DNA from: Armatimonadota bacterium
GTDB taxonomy: Bacteria; Armatimonadota; UBA5829; DTLH01
DNA: 64,000 nt
Assembly (NCBI GenBank): GCA_039679675.1
Contig: JBDKUN010000021.1
Location: 17,571 to 81,570 of the forward strand
Direction: 5' to 3'
Notes under the pieces: generated by a model
The model's input: the letters and a program-made list of their open reading frames with translations, nothing else
Told to the model about the DNA's origin: nothing
Databases searched by the model: none
Translations under genes and position numbers: made by a program
In this document: positions 37,686 to 48,244 of the stretch, in pieces
Layout: each line of letters begins with the position of its first letter
Numbering within the stretch: position 1 is the stretch's first letter

Positions 37686-38271
37686 TTACCGGCGAAAGTC
37701 CGGTCTTGCCATAGTTGTATCAGGACCATCCGGCGTTGGCAAAGATACCGTGCTGGATGAGTTCGCTAAATCATGCCCCGACATAACGCGCTGCGTAACC
37801 GTTACTACACGACAGCCCAGAGTGAACGAACAGCACGGCCTGGACTATTGTTTCGTTACCGAACAGGAGTTCTGCCGGATGATCGATCTGGGCGAGTTTC
37901 TGGAGTATGCAGAAGTGCATGGCAACTTTTACGGCACGCCTAAACCCTGGGTCGTCGGAAAAATCTCAGCCGGTCAGGACTGCCTGCTCAAGATCGATGT
38001 ACAAGGCGGGATCGCAGTCAAGCGGCAAATCCCAGAAGCTGTTATGGTGTTTATCGTGCCGCCCAGCATGGAAGAACTCGAAAGACGACTGAGAGCGAGA
38101 TCGACCGACTCAGAAGAATCGATAGCAAAGCGGCTCAAAAACGCTTGGTATGAGCTGGAACAGATTCCACATTACGAGTATCTGGTAAAAAATGATCTTG
38201 TCGAGAATGCGGTCGCAGAGCTGAGGGCTATAGTCATTGCTGAACATAGAAGAATCGTCTCCCCGCGCTGA
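37669..38271 (+). CDS. gmk: Guanylate kinase
   Basis: SGPSGVGKDT, TTRQPR, YGTP, IDVQG motifs. Confidence 0.95.
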   Translation: MQIWDNYRRKSGLAIVVSGPSGVGKDTVLDEFAKSCPDITRCVTVTTRQPRVNEQHGLDYCFVTEQEFCRMIDLGEFLEYAEVHGNFYGTPKPWVVGKISAGQDCLLKIDVQGGIAVKRQIPEAVMVFIVPPSMEELERRLRARSTDSEESIAKRLKNAWYELEQIPHYEYLVKNDLVENAVAELRAIVIAEHRRIVSPR

Positions 38272-39478
38272 CCTGACGGGAAAAACAATCATACTTGGAG
38301 TGACTGGCAGTATCGCGGCATATAAATCCGCCGAGATAGCGAGCAAGCTTACTCAGATGGGCGCCAGCGTCCACGTCATTATGACTAAATCAGCCTGCGA
38401 ACTCGTCGGCCCTGCAACTTTCCGCGCGCTCACCCACAATCCGGTCCTTGTGAACCTGTGGGACGAACCGAAAGCGAACGAAATAGTCCATGTGCAGCTG
38501 CCTGAACGGGCTGACCTGACACTCATCGCCCCGGCTACTGCCGACATCATCGGTAAACTCGCGAACGGTATAGCCGACGATATGCTGACAACCGCCGCAC
38601 TCGTGGTCCGTGGCCCGGTATTGATCGCCCCGGCTATGAACCCAAGGATGTACACAAATCCGGTGGTCATCGGCAACATGGACAGGCTGAAAAACCTCGG
38701 CTGGGAGGTCATCGAACCAGAAGAAGGACGTGTAGCCTGCGGTGATGAGGGAGTAGGCAGGCTTGCCAGTCCGGACACTATCGTCGCGGCTGTTATTACT
38801 GCACTCCTCGGCGGAAAGAAGGACTTCGCCGGGGTGCGGGTGCTTATTACAGCCGGACCTACCAGAGAACCGGTCGATCCGGTCAGGTACGTCTCTAACT
38901 ACTCGTCCGGGAAGATGGGCTATGCTCTCGCCGAAGCTGCAGCCGAGCGTGGAGGCATAGTCACACTGGTAAGCGGGCCCACTGAGCTGGATAACCCTCC
39001 CGGTGTCAATTCCATCAGGGTGCAGACAGCGCAGGAGATGCTCCAGGCCGTAATGGAAAACCTTCCGCCGAATAATCTCGTCATCGCAGCGGCGGCTGTG
39101 GCGGACTACCGCCCGGCTAAAGTCGCGCCCAGCAAGCTGAAAAAGGAAAATGACTGGCTGAGACTGGAGCTTGAGAAGACGGAAGATATATTGAAACGGA
39201 TCGGTGAGATGAAGGGCGAAAGAACTCTCGTGGGTTTTGCAGCGGAAACGAACGATATCGAGGAGAATGCCCGTCATAAACTCGAAGAGAAAAACCTTGA
39301 CCTGATAATTGCAAACGACGTCTCTGACCCAGGAGGCGTATTCGGCAGCGATACCAACGTTGTTACACTGATCCCCCGCAAAGGCGAGGCGATCAGTTGG
39401 CCCAGGATGTCCAAACGGGAAATATCTCAGGGGATTCTGGATTATATTATGTCAAACCTTTGGGAGGGACAACTTTGA
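38237..39478 (+). CDS. coaBC: Bifunctional phosphopantothenoylcysteine decarboxylase/synthetase
   Basis: [45 protein letters not shown] motifs. Confidence 0.96.
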   Translation: MLNIEESSPRADLTGKTIILGVTGSIAAYKSAEIASKLTQMGASVHVIMTKSACELVGPATFRALTHNPVLVNLWDEPKANEIVHVQLPERADLTLIAPATADIIGKLANGIADDMLTTAALVVRGPVLIAPAMNPRMYTNPVVIGNMDRLKNLGWEVIEPEEGRVACGDEGVGRLASPDTIVAAVITALLGGKKDFAGVRVLITAGPTREPVDPVRYVSNYSSGKMGYALAEAAAERGGIVTLVSGPTELDNPPGVNSIRVQTAQEMLQAVMENLPPNNLVIAAAAVADYRPAKVAPSKLKKENDWLRLELEKTEDILKRIGEMKGERTLVGFAAETNDIEENARHKLEEKNLDLIIANDVSDPGGVFGSDTNVVTLIPRKGEAISWPRMSKREISQGILDYIMSNLWEGQL

Positions 39479-40623
39479 AGAATAAGTGCTTTAGCTTCAC
39501 GTCGGAATCCGTGACTGAAGGGCATCCCGATAAACTGGCGGACCAGATATCTGATGCCGTCCTGGATGCTATTTTAGAGCAGGACCCGCTTGGCAGAGTC
39601 GCCTGTGAGGCACTTTTAACCACGGGACTGGTCATAGTCGCCGGGGAGATCACCACGAAAGCCTACGTTGAAATTCCGGAAATAGTCAGAAGGACTCTGG
39701 AGACCGTGGGTTACACAAGAGCCAAATACGGCTTCGATTACCAGACATGCGGCGTGCTGACTGCCATCCAGGCACAGTCTCCTGATATAGCACAGGGAGT
39801 AGATATAGGCGGAGCCGGTGACCAGGGTATGATGTTCGGTTATGCCTGCAACGAGACTCCTGAGCTTATGCCTATGCCGATCATGCTCGCCCACAAGCTC
39901 GCAAAACAGCTTGCAGCAGTCCGAAAAAATGGCGACCTGCGCTACCTGAGGCCCGACGGCAAGTCCCAGGTAACAGTGGTATATGAAAACGGGAAACCTG
40001 TCCGCATAGACAAGATAGTAGTCTCGGCACAGCATCAGCCGAATATCCCGCAGTCCACTATCTATAATGATGTTGTTGAACAGGTGGTAAAACCGGTGCT
40101 TTCCGCCGCACTGCTCGACGGAAACGCTCAGATATTCGTTAACCCCACAGGTCACTTCGCGGTCGGCGGGCCTCAGGGTGACACCGGGCTCACGGGGAGA
40201 AAGATCATAGTAGACACTTACGGCGGAATGGCAAGACACGGAGGCGGCTGCTTCTCCGGTAAAGACCCGACCAAAGTAGACAGGTCTGCAGCGTATATGA
40301 TGCGGTATATCGCTAAAAACATAGTCGCAGCGGGGCTGGCGGACAAGTGCGAGCTTCAGGTAGCTTATGCCATAGGCCAGAAAGACCCGATGAATATTAC
40401 CGTCAACACATTCGGCACGGGCTGCATACCCGATGAGAAGATAGTCGAGCTGGTTCAAAAGTACTTCGATCTTACTCCTGGAGGAATTATCAAGAAACTG
40501 AACCTGAGAAGGCCGATCTACAAGCAGACTGCTGCTTACGGGCACTTCGGCCGCACGGATTTGGATGTTCCGTGGGAATACGTCGATATGGCGGACACTC
40601 TGCAGAAAGAATCGGGACTATAG
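39475..40623 (+). CDS. metK: S-adenosylmethionine synthetase
   Basis: [37 protein letters not shown] motifs. Confidence 0.97.
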   Translation: MKNKCFSFTSESVTEGHPDKLADQISDAVLDAILEQDPLGRVACEALLTTGLVIVAGEITTKAYVEIPEIVRRTLETVGYTRAKYGFDYQTCGVLTAIQAQSPDIAQGVDIGGAGDQGMMFGYACNETPELMPMPIMLAHKLAKQLAAVRKNGDLRYLRPDGKSQVTVVYENGKPVRIDKIVVSAQHQPNIPQSTIYNDVVEQVVKPVLSAALLDGNAQIFVNPTGHFAVGGPQGDTGLTGRKIIVDTYGGMARHGGGCFSGKDPTKVDRSAAYMMRYIAKNIVAAGLADKCELQVAYAIGQKDPMNITVNTFGTGCIPDEKIVELVQKYFDLTPGGIIKKLNLRRPIYKQTAAYGHFGRTDLDVPWEYVDMADTLQKESGL

Positions 40624-43035
40624 TTGTATGTCAGGGTCGCTGTCGATACGGAGGGTGCTGCTTATCTGGACTCGTTCACTTACGAAGTCCCGGAAGCTCT
40701 CCAATCTCGCGTAAAAATCGGAGCCTGCGTGCTTGTGCCGTTCGGTTCCACCCAGACCATCGGATGCATAGTAGCTCTTGAAGATACGCCGTCCGTGGCG
40801 AGGACAAAAGCGATCCTGGCAATCCTCGATTCACCGATCACCCTGTCGGACGAACTGGTCGATCTGGCAGGGTGGATCTCCGAGCGGTTCATCTGCGGGC
40901 TGTCGCGCTGTACGCATTCCATCCTTCCCGGCGTCGTCCAATGCAAGGTCAAGGGACTGGTGGAGCTTGTTGATGATACTGCCCTACCCTCTTCCCCGCT
41001 TGCTGCGGCGCTCATGAACGCCGGTGGGTCGATCCCGCTCGATACACTTCGGTCAAAACGGCCTGAACTCTTCAGAGAGCTGAAAAAATTCGAGCTGGCA
41101 GGAGGCGCAGTCCGCCGGTACGAACTGATTCCGCCCCAGGGAAAGGAACGCCGGATTGCCGCCGCAGCGCTTTCGATCCCGCCAGAACAGGTCGAAAAAG
41201 AAGCATGCAAACTGCAGTCCCGCGCACCCCGGCAGGCTGAAGTGCTGAGGCACATCGCTCTTTACGGGACAGCTCCTTGCGCCAGACTGGTTTCCGATCT
41301 GTCGGTGAGCGAAAGCGTTATCTCAGGGCTTGTCTCGAAGGGACTTCTCAAACGCACATCTCTCACGGAGAGGCGGACACCGGCGCATACATCCGTTCCG
41401 TCTACCTCGCATTACAAGCTGACGGAAGAGCAGCAGGCTGCGCTTAATGCGTCAATCGAAGGGATAGACAGCCGAAAGCACAGCGTTATGCTGCTCCACG
41501 GCGTCACGGCAAGCGGAAAGACGGAAGTATACTTAAGAGCAATCGAGCACGCAGCGAAACAGGGCAGAAAGTCGCTTGTGCTGCTCCCTGAAATCTCGCT
41601 GACTACACAGGTGCTGAATATATTCCGGGGCAGGTTCGGAAGCCGCGTGGCTGTCCTTCACAGTATGCTTTCGGCGGGAGAACGGTTCGATGAATGGGCC
41701 CGGACCGAAAACAACGAAGTGGATGTGGTCCTCGGCGCGCGCTCCGCAGTCTTCGCCCCTATAAAGAATCTGGGGTTAGTCATAATCGATGAAGAACATG
41801 AGCCGAGCTACAAGCAGGACTCCGACCCCCGCTACCACGGCAGGGATACAGCGCTCAGGCGCGCGGAACAGAACGGAGCACTGGCAATCCTGGGAAGCGC
41901 GACCCCGTCGATAGAAAGCTACTACAGGGCGAAAACGGGTAAATATCGACTGGTAGTCATGCGCGAGCGCATTGCAAACCGCCCTTTGCCTTCAGTCTAT
42001 ATCGCGGACCTGAGGGAAGAGTATCAAAAAGGCCATGCGACGATATTTTCCGAAAGACTCACTGAAGCAATAGGCGACAAACTCGGTAAAGGCCAGCAGG
42101 TGATCCTGTTTCAAAACCGGCGGGCGTACGCCACTTTCCTGCTCTGCCGGGAATGCGGCTATACAGCCGGATGCCCGAACTGCGCGGTCGCGCTCAAGCT
42201 GCACGCGGCAGAACACATAATGCGCTGCCACCACTGCGACTACGAAGAGGCTGCGCCGACACTTTGTCCGAACTGCGGAAGCTTGAAGATCGGAAAATTC
42301 GGTATAGGGACGGAGCGGATAGAAGAAGAGACCAAAGCTGCATTCCCTGATGCCAGAGTCCTCAGGATGGACAGAGACACAACAGCACGCAAAGGGTCTC
42401 ATGGGCAAATTCTCGATGCGTTTCGAAAACATGACGCAGACATTCTCGTCGGGACGCAGATGATAGCCAAGGGGTTGGATTTTCCTGGAGTGACGCTCGT
42501 CGGAGTCATCAGCGCGGACACATCGCTCAACCTGCCTGATTTTCGGGCCGGAGAACGGACATTCCAATTGCTGTCGCAGGTCGCGGGAAGAGCAGGACGC
42601 GGGACCGAACCCGGCGAAGTAATAATACAGACGTTCAATCCAGAACATTATGCGGTAGTCGCCGCAGCAGCGCACAATTACGAGTCATTTTACGAACAGG
42701 AGATCGAACGAAGGCGCGAGACCGGTTATCCTCCTTTTTCGTCGATGCTGAACATAGTCGCATCCGATGAAATCGAGGCCAATGCGCAGCAGAGACTTGA
42801 TGAACTTGTCCATGACCTGGAGGAGAGGTCAAAAAAGTCCGAAAAAACACCGATCGAGGTACTGGGGCCGGTTCCAGCGCCTGTTGCGAAGCTCAGGGGC
42901 CGTTACCGCTGGCACGTCCTGCTCCGCTCGCCGGACAGGGATGCTTTGGCCAGGGCCGTTCGGGAATCACTCGATGCGCTTCCGTCGATCAGACGCGGGG
43001 TCACGGTGGATATTGACCCGGCATCAATGCTTTAA
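40624..43035 (+). CDS. priA: Primosomal protein N'
   Basis: GVTASGKTEVY, DEEH, four CxxC pairs, GTQMIAKGLD, QVAGRAGR motifs. Confidence 0.96.
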   Translation: MYVRVAVDTEGAAYLDSFTYEVPEALQSRVKIGACVLVPFGSTQTIGCIVALEDTPSVARTKAILAILDSPITLSDELVDLAGWISERFICGLSRCTHSILPGVVQCKVKGLVELVDDTALPSSPLAAALMNAGGSIPLDTLRSKRPELFRELKKFELAGGAVRRYELIPPQGKERRIAAAALSIPPEQVEKEACKLQSRAPRQAEVLRHIALYGTAPCARLVSDLSVSESVISGLVSKGLLKRTSLTERRTPAHTSVPSTSHYKLTEEQQAALNASIEGIDSRKHSVMLLHGVTASGKTEVYLRAIEHAAKQGRKSLVLLPEISLTTQVLNIFRGRFGSRVAVLHSMLSAGERFDEWARTENNEVDVVLGARSAVFAPIKNLGLVIIDEEHEPSYKQDSDPRYHGRDTALRRAEQNGALAILGSATPSIESYYRAKTGKYRLVVMRERIANRPLPSVYIADLREEYQKGHATIFSERLTEAIGDKLGKGQQVILFQNRRAYATFLLCRECGYTAGCPNCAVALKLHAAEHIMRCHHCDYEEAAPTLCPNCGSLKIGKFGIGTERIEEETKAAFPDARVLRMDRDTTARKGSHGQILDAFRKHDADILVGTQMIAKGLDFPGVTLVGVISADTSLNLPDFRAGERTFQLLSQVAGRAGRGTEPGEVIIQTFNPEHYAVVAAAAHNYESFYEQEIERRRETGYPPFSSMLNIVASDEIEANAQQRLDELVHDLEERSKKSEKTPIEVLGPVPAPVAKLRGRYRWHVLLRSPDRDALARAVRESLDALPSIRRGVTVDIDPASML

Positions 43036-43049
43036 TGTAAGGGGATACT

Positions 43050-43535
43050 ATGGGTATAGAAGAGATAGTTAGGTATGGAGCCAATGTGCTTTCGGAGCCT
43101 ACCAAAGAGGTTCCTGAGTTCAATGACGAGATCAAGCAACTCATAGAACACATGTATGAATTGCTGGCCGATGCTAAAGGCGCGGGATTAGCTGCCAATC
43201 AGATTGGTTTGTCGCTCAGATTGTTCGTCTATGATGACGGGTCCGGTCCGCACGCACTTATCAACCCGAAAATCATCAAAAAATCCGGAAGTCAGATCGG
43301 GTCCGAAGGGTGTCTGAGCATTCCGGGGCTTTTCGGTGATGTCGAGCGGGCAAATGTTGCCACAGTAACAGGGATGGACGAAAACGGCAAAAAAGTGAAG
43401 CTCACCGGCACCGGATATCTTGCACGGATATTCCAGCATGAGACAGACCATCTCGACGGAAAGCTGTTCATAGACCTTGCCGACGCCGATTCGCTGCACT
43501 GGGTAATGCCGGGGCAGGAAGATGAGGAAGAATAG
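43050..43535 (+). CDS. def: Peptide deformylase
   Basis: GAGLAANQ, EGCLS, QHETDH motifs. Confidence 0.96.
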   Translation: MGIEEIVRYGANVLSEPTKEVPEFNDEIKQLIEHMYELLADAKGAGLAANQIGLSLRLFVYDDGSGPHALINPKIIKKSGSQIGSEGCLSIPGLFGDVERANVATVTGMDENGKKVKLTGTGYLARIFQHETDHLDGKLFIDLADADSLHWVMPGQEDEEE

Positions 43536-43563
43536 AAATATTCGGAAATCTACAGGTATTTAC

Positions 43564-44505
43564 ATGCGTATTGTTTTCATGGGAACGAGTCCGTTTGCGG
43601 TTCCATCGCTTGAGGCGCTGGTAAGCGCAGGTCATGATATAGCCACTGTCGTCACTCAGCCTGACAGGCCGGGCGGCAGAGGCCGGAGTATGCGTATGTC
43701 CCCTGTTAAACAGCTTGCATTGACTCTTGGACTGCCGGTTTTCCAACCCGAAAGAATAAGAGAGCAGGACGCAATCGATCACATCAAAAACTATGAACCG
43801 CTTGATGCAATAGTCGTCGCCGCGTTTGGACAGATCATACCTCAGGCAATACTGAATATGCCTAAATATGGCAGCATAAATGTCCATGCGTCGCTCCTGC
43901 CAAAGTATCGCGGAGCCGCGCCGATACAGTACGCGATAATGCGCGGTGAGGCGAAGACCGGCGTAACGACGATGCTGATGGATGCCGGGCTGGACACCGG
44001 CGATATCCTGCTTATGAGTGAAACCGAGATCGGCATGGATGAAACAGCCGGAGAGTTGGAACCGAGGCTTGCAAATATCGGCGCCGAACTCCTTATCCTG
44101 ACTCTGGACAAACTGGAGCGCGGAGAAATAACTCCGCAGCCGCAGGACCCTTCGCGGGCGACGGTTGCAAAGTCACTCAAGCGTGATGAGGGGCGGATCG
44201 ACTGGAATAGACCGGCAAAAGACATTCAGAACCTTGTAAGGGCATTTACACCGCGCCCGGGCACATTTACAATCTTGAACAACGCGCAGATAAAGATCCA
44301 CAAGGCAGAAGCAATCGGCGAAATTTCGGAAGGAAAAGCTCCCGGCGAAGTAGTAGATATTACGAAAGACGAAATCATCGTCGCGGCGGGCGAAGGCGGG
44401 GTAAAACTGATCGAAATTCAGCCAGAAAACCGCCAGAAAATGAGCGCAGGTGCATTTGCGCGTGGATCGCGGCTGAATTTGGGAACACTTTTCACAAGCT
44501 CTTGA
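43564..44505 (+). CDS. fmt: Methionyl-tRNA formyltransferase
   Basis: VFMGTS, VVTQPDRP, NVHASLLPKYRGAAP, LDTGD motifs. Confidence 0.96.
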   Translation: MRIVFMGTSPFAVPSLEALVSAGHDIATVVTQPDRPGGRGRSMRMSPVKQLALTLGLPVFQPERIREQDAIDHIKNYEPLDAIVVAAFGQIIPQAILNMPKYGSINVHASLLPKYRGAAPIQYAIMRGEAKTGVTTMLMDAGLDTGDILLMSETEIGMDETAGELEPRLANIGAELLILTLDKLERGEITPQPQDPSRATVAKSLKRDEGRIDWNRPAKDIQNLVRAFTPRPGTFTILNNAQIKIHKAEAIGEISEGKAPGEVVDITKDEIIVAAGEGGVKLIEIQPENRQKMSAGAFARGSRLNLGTLFTSS

Positions 44506-44668
44506 TTTACAGGGATTATGTTGATATACTTCAAGCAAGCGTAGATCGTTTTTTACGGTACGGCTCTCTATGAGTATATGGCCGGCAGTCCGGTTCTCTC
44601 AAAAAATTAGCATTTATACTTTATTTCTTGGCTGGCGAGAGTATTCGGGATGTTTGGAGAGGTGCAGT

Positions 44669-45016
44669 ATGGGGAGTCTTGAGGACAGGTGCGAACAGGG
44701 CATAGCCTATAAAGTCGATGGTATGTACGACGAGGCTCTTGCCGAGTTCAAGGCGATCCTGGAAGAAGATCCGAACTACGCTGAGGCGCACAGGCAGATC
44801 GGGCTTGTCTATGGGTTTATCGGGTTATTTGACGAGTCTATACAGGAATTACTCGCATCTCTTGAACTCGACCCATCGAATATAGCCATTAGAAACGATC
44901 TGGCACTGACCTATGCTATGCTGGGTATGGCCGACGAAGCTAAAGCTGAGTTCGAAATGGTTCTTGGGGTCGACCCGAACAACGATATTGCCAAGCGCAA
45001 TATCATTTATTTCTAG
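44669..45016 (+). CDS. Small tetratricopeptide-repeat protein
   Basis: Three TPR-like repeats ending DPNY/DPSN/DPNN; GAGAGGT RBS; upstream TTGATT-N17-TATACT at 44502-44530. Confidence 0.85.
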   Translation: MGSLEDRCEQGIAYKVDGMYDEALAEFKAILEEDPNYAEAHRQIGLVYGFIGLFDESIQELLASLELDPSNIAIRNDLALTYAMLGMADEAKAEFEMVLGVDPNNDIAKRNIIYF

Positions 45017-45078
45017 AGAGTTTCAGATATCACCTGAAACTCTTTCGGAAGATTTTCGGCAGCAGCCGGAATTCTATA
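45014..45078. mobile_element. TA-flanked MITE, inverted orientation; left TA overlaps the TPR gene stop codon
   Basis: TA-GAGAGTTTCAGATATCACCTGAAACTC-TTTCGGAA-GATTTTCGGCAGCAGCCGGAATTCTA-TA, a reverse-complement homologue of 27499-27563. Confidence 0.7.
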
Positions 45079-45126
45079 GATCACAGGTGCTGCTCGACAG
45101 CACCTGTTTAGACGTGAGGCAATATT

Positions 45127-47016
45127 TTGGACGGCCGGGAAACATCAGCCGGAGTCGAGTTAGCCAAAATCAGGTTCGAGCCGGATGGGATAGAAATCCA
45201 GGTACCGGTAGGCACGATTGTAGCAAAGGCAGCTCTTATGGCAGGCTGCGCGGTGGAGATGAACTGCGGCGGCACAGGCACATGCGGCAAATGCCGCGTA
45301 AAAGTTGCCGGTAAAGTCGATCAACCTGACTCCAGTGAAAAACGGTTTTTAACAACAGAAGAATTAGCGCGGGGAATGAGGCTGGCGTGTCGGGCACGGG
45401 TGACGGGCGATGCCGTAGTAGCGGTACCGATTGCCAGCCGTTCGCTTGTACAAAAAGTGCTGAGTCATGGCATCATCCATGATGTTCACGTAGCACCTGC
45501 GGTGATGAAAGCATATCTTGACCTCCCCAAGCCGTCGCTTACTGACGAGCGGGGGGACTTCGAGCGACTTGCGGCGTCACTTACGGTCTATGATATCGAG
45601 ACCGGAATAAATGTGCAGATAGCGCGCGAACTGCCCTCCATACTGAGGGAAGCCGGTTATAAAGTCACGGCTGTTGTGGACGGCAGCGAACTGATCGCAG
45701 TCGAGCCCGGCGATACCGTCAGGCAGAATTACGGCATAGCGTTCGATCTTGGAAGCACGACCATAGCCGGTTATCTTATGGATTTGAACACCGGGTACGA
45801 GATTGCGGTGGCATCAGTAATCAACCCGCAGGTGAGTTATGGGGATGACCTGGTATCGAGAATAAACTTTGCCGGGACCGAACCCGGCGGGCTCAATACT
45901 CTGCGTGAAGCCGCCATCGACGCGCTCAATGAGATCGCAGACCGGCTGGCGAAGACGCAGAAAATCGACCCGAAGAACATCTACGAGGTAACTCTCGTCG
46001 GTAACACATGCATGACGCACCTTTTTATGGGGTTGAATGTTTCAACTCTGGGGCTTTCGCCCTATGTGCCGACTTTGTGCCGAAAAATGACCCTTCGAGG
46101 GGATGAAGCCGGGTTGCACATAAACCCCGGCGCACTGGTGCATGTGATGCCGAACGTTGCAGGGTTCGTCGGTTCGGACTTGATCGGGGTTGTGCTTGCC
46201 ACACTGCGTGAAGACGAATACCGCACCAGGCTTGCGGTAGATGTTGGAACGAACGGCGAGATGGCACTTTTGCACAACGGGCAAATTTACGCATGTTCAG
46301 CGGCAGCGGGCCCTGCATTCGAGGGTGCAAGGATAAGCAGAGGAATGCGCGGAGCTCCGGGAGCAATCGACAGCGTCCGCATCGGCAGGCAGGTCGAGAT
46401 TACGACCATAGAGGACTGTCCGGCGGTTGGGATTTGCGGATCGGGACTGGTAGACGCGGTTTCCGAGATGCTGTCCGCCGGAATTATAGACGATTCAGGC
46501 AGGATGTTGACGCCTGATGAAGCCGGACACCTTCCGCCGGATATTCGTGCGCGGTTGATCGAATCGGATACAGGCCCTGAGTTCATCCTTGCCACGGAGC
46601 AGGAATCGGTTGATGGGAAGCCTCTCACACTGAAACAAAAGGATGTGAGACAGCTCCAACTGGCGAAGGGGTCTATAAGGGCTGCCGTAGAAACGCTGAT
46701 GAAGATTGCCGGAGCGACGATTGAGGATTTGGATGATATTCTTCTTGCCGGATCATTCGGCAATTATATAAGAATCGAGAGTGCGCTGAGGATCGGACTC
46801 CTTCCGCCGGTCGAGATCGACCGGATTATTCCGGTGGGTAACGCCGCCGGGGCCGGAGCGAAACTGGCGCTCATCTCAACGAAGGAGCGGGAGCGTGCAA
46901 GCCGCCTCGCTGCAGCAATCAAACACATAGAGCTTGCAAGCCATCCGGATTACCGGAATGAATTTGTCGAAAATATGTTGTTTACATCGCCATCTACAAA
47001 GGCGACAGCTAACTAA
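45127..47016 (+). CDS. ATP-dependent reductive activator of corrinoid proteins (RACo/DUF4445: 2Fe-2S ferredoxin + ASKHA)
   Basis: CGGTGTCGKC..RLAC; DLGSTT, DVGTNGE, AAGPAFEG, ICGSG, LAGSFG, GNAAG motifs. Confidence 0.92.
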   Translation: MDGRETSAGVELAKIRFEPDGIEIQVPVGTIVAKAALMAGCAVEMNCGGTGTCGKCRVKVAGKVDQPDSSEKRFLTTEELARGMRLACRARVTGDAVVAVPIASRSLVQKVLSHGIIHDVHVAPAVMKAYLDLPKPSLTDERGDFERLAASLTVYDIETGINVQIARELPSILREAGYKVTAVVDGSELIAVEPGDTVRQNYGIAFDLGSTTIAGYLMDLNTGYEIAVASVINPQVSYGDDLVSRINFAGTEPGGLNTLREAAIDALNEIADRLAKTQKIDPKNIYEVTLVGNTCMTHLFMGLNVSTLGLSPYVPTLCRKMTLRGDEAGLHINPGALVHVMPNVAGFVGSDLIGVVLATLREDEYRTRLAVDVGTNGEMALLHNGQIYACSAAAGPAFEGARISRGMRGAPGAIDSVRIGRQVEITTIEDCPAVGICGSGLVDAVSEMLSAGIIDDSGRMLTPDEAGHLPPDIRARLIESDTGPEFILATEQESVDGKPLTLKQKDVRQLQLAKGSIRAAVETLMKIAGATIEDLDDILLAGSFGNYIRIESALRIGLLPPVEIDRIIPVGNAAGAGAKLALISTKERERASRLAAAIKHIELASHPDYRNEFVENMLFTSPSTKATAN

Positions 47017-47039
47017 GGAGACAGACCAGGAGGATTTTA

Positions 47040-47681
47040 GTGGCGGATTTTGAGAGTTTGGCGCAAGCCATAATCAGTGGAAAGAAAGACATGGCGGAAT
47101 CGCTCACGGTAGAAGCAATCAAAGAGGGTGTGCCGCCAGACCAGATTTTGAACAACGGCCTTGTTGCCGGAATGAACGTAGTCGGGCAGAAGTTCAAAGC
47201 GAACGAGTTCTACGTACCGGAAGTATTGATCGCAGCGAGAGCAATGGATGCAGCAATGAAGCATCTTAAGCCGGTCCTGGTAGCGACCGGCGCGAAGCCC
47301 GTGGGAACAATCATCCTCGGCACAGTCAAGGACGACCTTCATGACATCGGCAAGAACCTTGTCGGAATGATGCTCGAAGGCGCTGGGTTCGAGATAGTTG
47401 ACCTCGGAGTCGACGTCAAACCCGAAAAGTTTGCTGAGATGGTCAAAGAGAAAGGCGCTCAGATAGTAGCACTGTCTGCACTTCTCACTACGACCATGCC
47501 CGCTATGAAGACAACCATCGGAGCGCTGGAAACAGCCGGTCTAAAGGGCAAGGTAAAGGTTCTGGTAGGCGGAGCCCCCGTCACCCAGAATTATGCCGAC
47601 GAGATCGGCGCAGACGGCTATGCACCGGATGCAGCGAGCGCAGTTGATGTAGCAAAAGTACTGCTCAAAGCAGTTGCGTAA
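47040..47681 (+). CDS. Methyltransferase-cognate corrinoid (B12-binding) protein, MtbC/MttC-like
   Basis: F..NEFYVPEV cap; DLHDIGKN (DxHxxG), SALLTTT, VGGAP motifs. Confidence 0.93.
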   Translation: MADFESLAQAIISGKKDMAESLTVEAIKEGVPPDQILNNGLVAGMNVVGQKFKANEFYVPEVLIAARAMDAAMKHLKPVLVATGAKPVGTIILGTVKDDLHDIGKNLVGMMLEGAGFEIVDLGVDVKPEKFAEMVKEKGAQIVALSALLTTTMPAMKTTIGALETAGLKGKVKVLVGGAPVTQNYADEIGADGYAPDAASAVDVAKVLLKAVA

Positions 47682-47842
47682 TTAGAATCTGGAATTTAGG
47701 ATTCAGGATGCAGGATGGATTGTGAATTTTACGCTATCTATCCTGCATCTTTTTGTTTTTGTGCCGGTGTGCGTAGGATTGTTGCGTCATTACCCAAAAC
47801 TCTTTTGTGGGGAGTGTGCTGCGATCCTGAAGTATATGGTAT

Positions 47843-47973
47843 AACGTCATTCCGAACTTGACTCGGAATCCAGGAAGAAAATGGACCCTGAATCTATGGA
47901 TTTTCGGCTATGGCCGAAAATCTTCCGGGCGAGTTTCAGGTATAACCTGAAACTCCATAGTTCAGGGTGACGT
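47843..47973 (+). mobile_element. Composite REP-like element with nested TA-flanked MITE (47895-47959), copy 2
   Basis: Two substitutions relative to 27447-27577. Confidence 0.85.
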
Positions 47974-47985
47974 CTTTGTTTTGTT

Positions 47986-48055
47986 ATTTCGGGACGCCCT
48001 CGTCCCGAAATCTACCCTTCGTAGTTAGGCCGGTATCGGACAAGGTGTCCCGATA
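47986..48055. repeat. Pair of oppositely oriented GTAG-type REP elements
   Basis: ATTTCGGGACGCCCTCGTCCCGAAATCTAC-CCTTC-GTAGTTAGGCCGGTATCGGACAAGGTGTCCCGATA. Confidence 0.7.
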
Positions 48056-48138
48056 CAACGGGAAGTGCATTAAGTCTCTGCCATTCGTGAAATCCGTTAA
48101 ATCCGCGTAATTCGCGTTTCAAAAGAGAATGTCGATAG

Positions 48139-48216
48139 AAAAGCGGAAGCTGGCGCTTCCGCACTCCAAAGAATTGGTGGAAAGTGTGCTTCGGGATTAA
48201 AAGCGATCCCGAAGCA
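48139..48216. repeat. REP-like palindromes (GCGGAAGC..GCTTCCGCACTCCAAA; TGCTTCGGGAT..ATCCCGAAGCA)
   Basis: Two perfect stem-loops in the repeat-rich intergenic region. Confidence 0.55.
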
Positions 48217-48244
48217 TAGGATTATTATGGCATTATGGTATTTC

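Noticed and set aside
39397..39478. SAM riboswitch before metK
   Set aside because: metK overlaps the coaBC stop codon; there is no leader.
38390..40545. Long antisense ORFs (38390..39277, 39616..40545; likewise 14831..15622, 28846..29514, 41992..42675)
   Set aside because: They mirror well-conserved genes on the opposite strand and are codon-bias artefacts.
44530..45126. Cobalamin riboswitch before the corrinoid genes
   Set aside because: No B12-box or GGGAA..GCCCCCGCAACTGT core; the structured segment is the MITE.
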